64,000 nt of DNA from Eledone cirrhosa (taxonomy: Eukaryota). Of the stretch, positions 12,184-21,400 are shown piece by piece; position 1 is the stretch's first letter; each line of letters begins with the position of its first letter. Below the pieces are notes generated by a model. That model was not told where the DNA came from, did no database searches, and worked only from the letters and a program-made list of their open reading frames with translations. The DNA lies in NCBI GenBank assembly GCA_964016885.1, contig OZ024740.1, positions 420,112,001 through 420,176,000 of the forward strand, written 5' to 3'. Position numbers and translations under genes: made by a program.

Positions 12184-12244
12184 TATTTTATCTGATGAAA
12201 GCATACCAAAGTTTTGGTACCCTTGAAATATATATAATAGAATA
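12184..12244 (+). ncRNA. Type I hammerhead ribozyme motif (sense to ASCC3 pre-mRNA)
   Basis: Stem I UAUUUUAU (12184-91) / AUAGAAUA (12237-44), 8 bp including one G-U. Core CUGAUGA (12192-98); stem II 12199-12224 (3 bp + 2x2 loop + 6 bp); GAAA (12225-28); palindromic stem III AUAUAUAU. Predicted cleavage after A12236 (AUA triplet). Confidence 0.75.
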
Positions 12245-12383
12245 AATATGGTTTTATAAATATAGTTTCCATTTATTTAATATCCTTGAATATTATACTC
12301 CAGAAAATCTGTCGAGTGCTCTGAATCAGTTATAAACATTTATATTTGTTGAATTACCAACAAATTGAATATCCCTTTTGCTT

Positions 12384-12553
<170 letters not shown>

Positions 12554-12630
12554 GCTGTCATGTCACTGGTACAATATTTCACTACTAACAATATAACATG
12601 TTACTTACAATACTTGATATTATTGACTAT

Positions 12631-12818
12631 GTAGGGCGGTGGATTGGCAGTATCGGTAGAGTCGGACGCCATGCTTTGCAGCATAGAGTTACGGCCCTTT
12701 ATGTTCAGAGTTCAAATCCCACTGAGGTTAACTTTGCCTTTCATCCTTACGGGGTCGATAGAATATAGTACCAGTAATACACTGGGTAATTGCTGGCCTT
12801 GTACCAAAAATAGAAACA
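12631..12818 (+). mobile_element. tRNA-derived SINE with 12-bp target-site duplication
   Basis: A-box tggcagtatcgg, B-box gagttcaaatccc, central aactttgcctttcatccttacggggtcgatagaatatagtaccag. Flanked by attattgactat at 12619-12630 and 12819-12830. Confidence 0.85.
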
Positions 12819-12869
12819 ATTATTGACTATTATAAGGATTTAATCAAATATATAACTCCATTGATACAG

Positions 12870-12961
12870 GAGGACTTCGTAATACGAAACAGTGGCTTAA
12901 AGTCTTTGCTGACCAAGAATACACTTTACAGTTGGAGATAACGAGGATTAATAAAACAAAA
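12870..12961 (+). CDS. ASCC3: ASCC3 penultimate coding exon (absent from the ORF track)
   Basis: gatacAG|12870 acceptor and 12961|GTaagt donor. 92 nt, phase 1 to phase 0, encoding (G)GLRNTKQWLKVFADQEYTLQLEITRINKTK, matching the recalled ASCC3 motif KWIKLHADQEYVLQVSLQR. Confidence 0.88.
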
Positions 12962-13037
12962 GTAAGTATTGTAAAATATTAACTTTCTATTTTTCATTTT
13001 TTCTTTTTTATTTCTTTTTACATTTGTTGTAAGAAAT

Positions 13038-13117
13038 CTACTGGGGTGGATATAACCAACTTTCCCCCTACTCCAAAATTACTGGCCTTGTGCCAAATAT
13101 AGAAATAATGATTATTA
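13038..13117 (+). mobile_element. 3' fragment of the same SINE family
   Basis: tactggggtggat...ctggccttgtgccaaatatagaaataatgattattat matches the 3' ends of the 12631 and 13119 copies. Confidence 0.6.
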
Positions 13118-13118
13118 T

Positions 13119-13347
13119 GTGTTGGATTGGCAGTATCGGTAGAGGGTCGGACGCCATGCTTTGTTAGAGTTACGGTCCTTTATGATCTGAGTTCAAATCC
13201 CACCGAGGTTAACTTTGTCTTTCATCCTGACGGGGTCGATAAAATAAAGCACCAGTAATGCACTGGGGTCGATTTAATCAATTTTCCCCTCCCCCAAATG
13301 CCTATACTAGAAATCATTATTATTATCATTATTATCATTATTATTAT
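13119..13347 (+). mobile_element. tRNA-derived SINE with (ATT/ATC)n tail, close paralogue of 12631-12818
   Basis: ggattggcagtatcggtagag..tcggacgccatgctttg...gagttcaaatcccaccgaggttaactttgtctttcatcctgacggggtcgataaaataaagcaccag. The trinucleotide tail ends ~10 nt before the terminal-exon acceptor. Confidence 0.85.
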
Positions 13348-13357
13348 TTTCTTTCAG

Positions 13358-13618
13358 AAATTTGATACCAAAGCTTATGTTCCCAAATTTCCAAAAGGTA
13401 AAGATGAAGGCTGGATACTAATAATAGGAGAGATTGAGTCCCAGGAACTGATTGCATTAAAAAGAGTTGGTTATATACGTTATCGTAGTCGACCTCAACT
13501 GGCATTCTTCACTCCAGAAAAACCTGGTCGTTTCATTTACACCTTCTATCTGATGAGTGACTCCTACCTTGGACTGGATCAACAATATGATATCTTCTTG
13601 GATGTTCTGTCTTCATAA
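13358..13618 (+). CDS. ASCC3: ASCC3 terminal coding exon (end of second Sec63 domain, Ig-like part)
   Basis: ttttctttcAG|13358 acceptor. Encodes KFDTKAYVPKFPKGKDEGWILIIGEIESQELIALKRVGYIRYRSRPQLAFFTPEKPGRFIYTFYLMSDSYLGLDQQYDIFLDVLSS*. The motifs FPKxKDEGW, ELIALKRVGYIR and MSDxYLGLDQQYD are ASCC3-like; SNRNP200/Brr2 instead has SLISIKR and GCDQEY. Confidence 0.93.
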   Translation, partial: KFDTKAYVPKFPKGKDEGWILIIGEIESQELIALKRVGYIRYRSRPQLAFFTPEKPGRFIYTFYLMSDSYLGLDQQYDIFLDVLSS

Positions 13619-13650
13619 CGTATATATATTTTAAGAAAAAAAAACAAATG

Positions 13651-13656
13651 AATAAA
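13651..13656 (+). promoter_or_regulatory. Candidate polyadenylation signal AATAAA
   Basis: AATAAA 33 nt after the ASCC3 stop, with T/GT-rich sequence downstream. The region is AT-rich, so it could be chance. Confidence 0.45.
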
Positions 13657-13939
13657 GAATTTAGAAACTTTGTTATCAAAAGACTGAAAAATATGTTGTT
13701 TCTTTCTCATTAGAACGAGTAAATGGTGTGAAAAATATTCTGAGTCAAGAAAACTTAATACTACTTTTTAAATTCTGTTTGAAAGTTGTTCTTTTGTATC
13801 AGTTAAATTCAAACTGCCTTCAACTAGATTTTGATACAGGCAAATATTGTTTGAATTATGCACCCTGTACACTCTGTAATCATCATCATCATCATATGGC
13901 AATGTAGGGCAGAGAGGGCACTTCAGTCATGTTAAAGAC

Positions 13940-14035
13940 ATAATGACCTCTCTAGTGTTGGTACCACACTAAATTGCCCTCTGTAAAGTGGTTGGTGTTA
14001 GAAAGGGCATCGAGCCATAGAAACTATGCTGACCC
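13940..14035 (+). mobile_element. Degraded SINE body fragment
   Basis: ctctgtaaagtggttggtgttagaaagggcatcgagccatagaaactatgc resembles a recalled octopus SINE segment; a related stretch lies on the minus strand near 10820-10870 (accaaccactttacagagt). Confidence 0.5.
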
Positions 14036-14289
14036 TCATAAAAAGCCTTGTATCACAGAACCAGGGCCAGTTTTGGATGATTTGGTATCAAAATGGTTAA
14101 GTGAAAGTGGTACAGAGTTAACAAGTCCAGGGAAGCCAAGACTACTACTACTAACACTACTACTACTACCAATACTACTACTGTTGGTAGTGATAGTGAT
14201 CACTGGTAGCATTTGATAGAAGAGTTAGCTTAGTGAGAGGCTATTGGTCAAACATTATTAGAAAATGAACACTTAATGGAGTGCATAGC

Positions 14290-14596
14290 TGATAGACCAG
14301 AGAATCACTCCGGGTAGAGCCGCTACTTCTCCAAATTGAGTTAGGACATGGGTTTAGAATGTCTCAGGAAAGAATCGCTGGACAGATTTTACGGTCAGAA
14401 CCAACTGGCAGGAGACCCAGGGGTAGACCCTGAGCAAGATGGTTGGTTAATATGAGCTGAGCTTGGCTGGTCACGCTTGGGGATCCAGCCGGATCAGTTG
14501 GAGACAGTTGCTTCTGACAGGACCCGCTGGAAGGAGTGTTTGAGGACTCTGCTCCCATAACTCTCTCAGGAATAAGTGGGTAAAGAAGAAGAAAAA
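14290..14596 (+). mobile_element. RTE-clade LINE (Rex3/Expander-like) 3' end, degraded
   Basis: Piecewise translation RESLRVEPLLLQIE..GHGFRMSQERIAGQILRSEPTGRRPRGRP*ARW..AWSRLGIQPDQLETVASDRTRWKECLRTLLP is typical of an RTE ORF C-terminus; ends in a (GAA)n tail. Confidence 0.8.
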
Positions 14597-14642
14597 GAAT
14601 AATTGTAGGAATCATAATATTTGTTCTAGGATAGGGTCTACA

Positions 14643-14712
14643 GTGTGTGTGTGTGTGTGTGTGTCATAGGGTCTAGAGTGTGTGTGTGTCCTACCAGGTG
14701 TGTGTGTGTGTC
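14643..14712. repeat. (TG)n microsatellite cluster
   Basis: Three TG runs separated by short spacers (atagggtcta recurs). Confidence 0.9.
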
Positions 14713-14844
14713 AGAGCGTCTACTGTGTGAGAGAAGGTCTATGTGTGAACATTGTGTGGTTTTACTGTGTCAGGTATTTAAACTGTACTCTAGGAGGTTT
14801 AATTAAGTATGAGGTGACAGAAGTAAAATAGAGGAGGATGGCTG

Positions 14845-15130
14845 ATATTAATGAGTTGAGAGAGAAGCTGGGTATAAGAGATATCAAATATAGTGTACAA
14901 GAGTGAGGACTGCTCTGGTATAGACATGTCATGATGATCGTTGGGTGAAGAAATGCTAGGAATTCCCAGTTGAGAGATGAAGACTAAGGGCAGAAGTGGT
15001 AGGAATTTATCTCATTCAAACACTGAACTTCACAGAGAAAATGAGAAAGGAAAGGTATCAGGTGGAAGGAGGCTGTGTTGGAAAAGGCTCGTCCCAGCCA
15101 TGCATCCATGGTAAAGAGTATGTGAAAGAT
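14845..15130 (+). mobile_element. Second RTE-clade LINE 3' fragment, degraded
   Basis: Translation ELREKLGIRDIKYSVQE*GLLWYRHV..DDRWVKKC resembles the RTE ELREKLGI...RRLRWYGHVMRM...VKKC region; runs into a GAT/GGT-rich tail. Confidence 0.65.
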
Positions 15131-15362
15131 GGGGATGATGGTGATGCTGGCAGCGGTGGTGGTGGTGATGGTCGTGGTCGTGGTCATGGCGGTGATGATG
15201 ATGGACGCAGCGGTGATAGTGGTGGAGAGGATGGTGATGATGATATTGGTAGTGATGGTGATGGTCGTGGTCATGGCAGCGGTGATAGTGGTGGACAGGA
15301 TGGTGGTGGTGATGGTGATGGTTGTTGGCATGGTGGTGATGATGGTCGTGATGATAATGGAA
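15128..15362 (+). repeat. (GGT/GAT)n low-complexity tract with an internal ~90-bp duplication
   Basis: ggtgatggtcgtggtc...catggc...gcagcggtgatagtggtgga occurs twice; probably an expanded LINE tail. Confidence 0.85.
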
Positions 15363-15440
15363 ACTCTAAGGCTGAAGCAGATTTCATTTCTTTTGTTGTT
15401 AATTTGTGTAGGAGTGATGTGAAAAGAAGACTTAAACTGT

Positions 15441-18400
15441 GAGGTGACAGTCTACATATGTGGTGGGAAAGAGGTAGAGTTGGAGGTGACAGTCTACATA
15501 TGTGGTGGGAAAGAGGTAGAGTTGGAGGTGACAGTCTACATATGTGGTGGAAAGAGGTAGAGTTGGAGGTGACAGTCTACATATGTGGTGGGAAAGAGGT
15601 AGAGTTGGAGGTGACAGTCTACATATGTGGTGGGAAAGAGGTAGAGTTGGAGGTGACAGTCTACATATGTGGTGGGAAAGAGGTAGAGTTGGAGGTGACA
15701 GTCTACATATGTGGTGGGAAAGAGGTAGAGTTGGAGGTGACAGTCTACATATGTGGTGGGAAAGAGGTAGAGTTGGAGGTGACAGTCTACATATGTGGTG
15801 GGAAAGAGGTAGAGTTGGAGGTGACAGTCTACATATGTGGTGGAAAGAGGTAGAGTTGGAGGTGACAGTCTACATATGTGGTGGGAAAGAGGTAGAGTTG
15901 GAGATGACAGTCTAAATATGTGGTGGGAAAGAGGTAGAGTTGGAGGTGACAGTCTACATATGTGGTGGGAAAGAGGTAGAGTTGGAGGTGACAGTCTACA
16001 TATGTGGTGGGAAAGAGGTAGAGTTGGAGATGACAGTCTAAATATGTGGTGGGAAAGAGGTAGAGTTGGAGGTGACAGTCTACATATGTGGTGGGAAAGA
16101 GGTAGAGTTGGAGGTGACAGTCTACATATGTGGTGGGAAAGAGGTAGAGTTGGAGGTGACAGTCTACATATGTGGTGGGAAAGAGGTAGAGTTGGAGGTG
16201 ACAGTCTACATATGTGGTGGAAAGAGGTAGAGTTGGAGGTGACAGTCTACATATGTGGTGGGAAAGAGGTAGAGTTGGAGGTGACAGTCTACATATGTGG
16301 TGGAAAGAGGTAGAGTTGGAGGTGACAGTCTACATATGTGGTGGGAAAGAGGTAGAGTTGGAGGTGACAGTCTACATATGTGGTGGGAAAGAGGTAGAGT
16401 TGGAGATGACAGTCTAAATATGTGGTGGGAAAGAGGTAGAGTTGGAGGTGACAGTCTACATATGTGGTGGGAAAGAGGTAGAGTTGGAGATGACAGTCTA
16501 AATATGTGGTGGGAAAGAGGTAGAGTTGGAGGTGACAGTCTACATATGTGGTGGGAAAGAGGTAGAGTTGGAGGTGACAGTCTACATATGTGGTGGGAAA
16601 GAGGTAGAGTTGGAGGTGACAGTCTACATATGTGGTGGGAAAGAGGTAGAGTTGGAGGTGACAGTCTACATATGTGGTGGGAAAGAGGTAGAGTTGGAGA
16701 TGACAGTCTAAATATGTGGTGGGAAAGAGGTAGAGTTGGAGGTGACAGTCTACATATGTGGTGGGAAAGAGGTAGAGTTGGAGGTGACAGTCTACATATG
16801 TGGTGGAAAGAGGTAGAGTTGGAGGTGACAGTCTACATATGTGGTGGGAAAGAGGTAGAGTTGGAGGTGACAGTCTACATATGTGGTGGAAAGAGGTAGA
16901 GTTGGAGGTGACAGTCTACATATGTGGTGGGAAAGAGGTAGAGTTGGAGGTGACAGTCTACATATGTGGTGGGAAAGAGGTAGAGTTGGAGATGACAGTC
17001 TAAATATGTGGTGGGAAAGAGGTAGAGTTGGAGGTGACAGTCTACATATGTGGTGGGAAAGAGGTAGAGTTGGAGGTGACAGTCTACATATGTGGTGGGA
17101 AAGAGGTAGAGTTGGAGATGACAGTCTAAATATGTGGTGGGAAAGAGGTAGAGTTGGAGGTGACAGTCTACATATGTGGTGGGAAAGAGGTAGAGTTGGA
17201 GATGACAGTCTAAATATGTGGTGGGAAAGAGGTAGAGTTGGAGGTGACAGTCTACATATGTGGTGGGAAAGAGGTAGAGTTGGAGGTGACAGTCTACATA
17301 TGTGGTGGGAAAGAGGTAGAGTTGGAGGTGACAGTCTACATATGTGGTGGGAAAGAGGTAGAGTTGGAGGTGACAGTCTACATATGTGGTGGGAAAGAGG
17401 TAGAGTTGGAGATGACAGTCTAAATATGTGGTGGGAAAGAGGTAGAGTTGGAGGTGACAGTCTACATATGTGGTGGGAAAGAGGTAGAGTTGGAGGTGAC
17501 AGTCTACATATGTGGTGGGAAAGAGGTAGAGTTGGAGGTGACAGTCTACATATGTGGTGGGAAAGAGGTAGAGTTGGAGGTGACAGTCTACATATGTGGT
17601 GGGAAAGAGGTAGAGTTGGAGATGACAGTCTAAATATGTGGTGGGAAAGAGGTAGAGTTGGAGGTGACAGTCTACATATGTGGTGGGAAAGAGGTAGAGT
17701 TGGAGATGACAGTCTAAATATGTGGTGGGAAAGAGGTAGAGTTGGAGGTGACAGTCTACATATGTGGTGGGAAAGAGGTAGAGTTGGAGGTGACAGTCTA
17801 CATATGTGGTGGGAAAGAGGTAGAGTTGGAGGTGACAGTCTACATATGTGGTGGGAAAGAGGTAGAGTTGGAGGTGACAGTCTACATATGTGGTGGGAAA
17901 GAGGTAGAGTTGGAGATGACAGTCTAAATATGTGGTGGGAAAGAGGTAGAGTTGGAGGTGACAGTCTACATATGTGGTGGGAAAGAGGTAGAGTTGGAGA
18001 TGACAGTCTAAATATGTGGTGGGAAAGAGGTAGAGTTGGAGGTGACAGTCTACATATGTGGTGGGAAAGAGGTAGAGTTGGAGGTGACAGTCTACATATG
18101 TGGTGGGAAAGAGGTAGAGTTGGAGGTGACAGTCTACATATGTGGTGGGAAAGAGGTAGAGTTGGAGGTGACAGTCTACATATGTGGTGGGGAAGAGGTA
18201 GAGTTGGAGATGACAGTCTAAATATGTGGTGGGAAAGAGGTAGAGTTGGAGGTGACAGTCTACATATGTGGTGGGAAAGAGGTAGAGTTGGAGGTGACAG
18301 TCTACATATGTGGTGGGAAAGAGGTAGAGTTGGAGGTGACAGTCTACATATGTGGTGGGAAAGAGGTAGAGTTGGTGGTGACAGTCTACATATGTGGTGG

Positions 18401-21400
18401 GAATGATGTAGAGTTGGAGGTAACAGTCTACATATGTGGTGGGAATGATGTACAGTTGGAGGTGACAATCTACATATGTGGTGGGTCTGATGTAGTGTTG
18501 GAGGTGACAGTCTACATATGTGGCAGGAATGATGTAGAGTTGAGGTGACAGTCTACATATGTGGTGGGAATGATGTAGAATTGAAGGGGACAGTCTACAT
18601 ATGTGGTGGGAATGATGTAGAGTTGGAGGTGACAGTCTACATATGTCTTGGGAATGATGCAGAGTTGCAGGTAACAGTCTACATATGTGGTGGGAATGAT
18701 GTACAGTTGGAGGTGACAGTCTATATATGTCGTGGGAATGATGTAGAGTTGGAGGTAACAGTCTACATATGTGGGGGGAATGATGTACAGTTGGGGGTGA
18801 CAGTCTATATATGTGGTGGGAATGATGTAGAGTTGGAGGTGACAGTCTACATATGTGGTGGGAATGATGTACAGTTGGAGGTGACAGTCTATATATGTGG
18901 TGGGAATGATGTACAGTTAGAGGTGACAGTCTACATAGGTGGTGGGAATGATGTACAGTTGGAGGTGACAGTCTGCATATGTGGTGGGAATGATGTAGAG
19001 TCGGAGGTGACAATCTACATATGTTGTGGGAATGATGTAGAGTTGGAGGTGACAGTCTACATATGTGGTGGGAATGATGTAGAGTTGGAGGTAACAGTCT
19101 ACATATGTGGTGGGAATGATGTAGAGTTGGAGGTGACAAACTACATATGTGGTGGGAATGATGTAGAGTTGGAGGTGACAGTCTACAGATGTGGTGGGAA
19201 AGAGGTAGAGTTGGGGGATGACAGTCTACATATGTGGTGGGAATGATGTACTGTTGGAGGTGACAATCTACATATGTGGTGGGAATGATGTACTGTTGGA
19301 GGTGACACTCTACATATGTGGTGGGAATGATGTAGAGTTGGAGGTGACAGTCTACATATGTGGTGGGAATGATGTAGAGTTAGAGGTGACAGTCTACAAA
19401 TTAAGTGGGAATGATGTAGGGTTGGAAGTAACAGTCTACATATGTGGTGGGAATGATGTACAGTTGGAGGTGACAGTCTACATATGTGGTGGGAATGATA
19501 TAGAGTTGGAGGTGAGTCTACATATGTGGTGGGAATGATGTAGAGTTGGAGGTGATAGTCTACATATGTAGGTGGGAAAGAGGTAGAGTTGGAGGTGACA
19601 GTCTACATATGTGGTGGGAACGATGTAGAGTTAGAGGTGACAGTCTACATATGTGGTGGGAAAGAGGTAGAGTTGGAGGTGAGAGTCTACATATGTGGTG
19701 GGAAAGAGGTAGAGTTGGAGGTGATAGTCTACATATGTGGTGGGACTGTTGTACAGTTGGAGATGACAGTCTACATATGTGGTGGGAATGATGTAGAGTT
19801 GGAGGTGACAGTCTACATATGTGGTGGGAATGATGTAGAGTTAGAGGTGACAGTCTACAAATTAAGTGGGAATGATGTAGGGTTGGAAGTAACAGTCTAC
19901 ATATGTGGTGGGAATGATGTACAGTTGGAGGTGACAGTCTATATATGTGGTGGGAATGATGTACAGTTGGAGGTGACAGTCTACATAGGTGGTGGGAATG
20001 ATGTACAGTTGGAGGTGACAGTCTGCATATGTGGTGGGAATGATGTAGAGTCGGAGGTGACAATCTACATATGTTGTGGGAATGATGTAGAGTTGGAGGT
20101 AACAGTCTACATATGTGGTGGGTCTGATGTACAGTTGGAGGTGACAGTCTACATATGTGGTGGGAATGGTGTAGAGTTGGAGGTGACAGTCTACATATGT
20201 GGCAGGAATGATGTAGAGTTGAAGGTGACAGTTTACATATGTGGTGGGAATGATGTAGAGTTGAAGGGGACAGTCTACATATGTGGTGGGAATGATGTAG
20301 AGTTGGAGGTGACAGTCTACATATGTGGTGGGAATGATGTACTGTTGGAGGTGACACTCTACATATGTGGTGGGAATGATGTAGAGTTGGAGGTGACAGT
20401 CTACATATGTGGTGGGAATGATGTAGAGTTAGAGGTGACAGTCTACAAATTAAGTGGGAATGATGTAGGGTTGGAAGTAACAGTCTACATATGTGGTGGG
20501 AATGATGTACAGTTGGATGTGACAGTCTACATATGAGGTGCGAATGATGTACAGTTGGAGGTGACAGTCTACATATGTAGTGGGAATGATGTACAGTTGG
20601 AGGTGACAGTCTACATATGTGGTGGGAATGATGTAGAGTTGGAGGTGACAATCTACATATGTGGTGGGAATTATGTAGAGTTGGAGGTGACAATCTACAT
20701 ATGTGGTGGGAATTATGTAGAGTTGGAGGTGACAGTCTACATATGTGGTGGGAATGGTGTAGAGTTGGAGGTGACAATCTACATATGTGGTGGGAAGGAT
20801 GTAGAGTTGGAGGTGACAGTCTACATATGTGGTGGGAAAGAGGTACAGTTGGAGGTGACAGTCTACATATGTGGTGGGAATGATGTAAAGTTGGAGGTGA
20901 CAGTCTACATATGTGGTGGGAATGATGTACAGTTGGAGGTGACAGTCTATATATGTGGTGGGAATGATGTACAGTTGGAGGTGACAGTCTACATAGGTGG
21001 TGGGAATGATGTACAGTTGGAGGTGACAGTCTGCATATGTGGTGGGAATGATGTAGAGTCGGAGGTGAAAGTCTACATATGTTGTGGGAATGATGTAGAG
21101 TTGGGGGTGACAGTCTACGTTTGTGGTGTGAATGATGTAGAGTTGGAGGTAACAGTCTACATATGTGGTGGGTCTGATGTACAGTTGGAGGTGACAGTCT
21201 ACATATGTGGTGGGAATGGTGTAGAGTTGGAGGTGACAGTCTACATATGTGGCAGGAATGATGTAGAGTTGGAAGTGACAGTTTACATATGTGGTGGGAA
21301 TGATGTAGAGTTGGAGGTGACAGTCTACATATGTGGTGGGAAAGAGGTAGAGTTGGAGGTGACAGTCTACATATGTGGTGGGAAAGAGGTAGAGTTGGAG

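Larger units (their letters stand above)
11960..12284. mobile_element. Long fold-back inverted repeat (arms 11960-12110 and 12125-12284, 14-nt loop), probably a Penelope-like inverted pLTR remnant
   Basis: Arms are reverse complements with ~3 mismatches and one ~9-nt indel; each arm carries a hammerhead motif. Confidence 0.8.

Noticed and set aside
12640-12725. tRNA genes at SINE heads (also 10966 and 13125)
   Set aside because: A/B boxes are present, but spacing and stems are not tRNA-like, and they continue into SINE bodies with tails or a TSD.
14810-14820. tgaggtgacag matching the satellite start at 15440-15450 (possible satellite origin or TSD)
   Set aside because: Only 11 bp with no extension on either side; compatible with chance.
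14984-15442. Gly/Asp-rich, Met/Val-rich and Thr/Ile-rich ORFs
   Set aside because: They arise from a GGT/GAT low-complexity tail next to a degraded LINE fragment.
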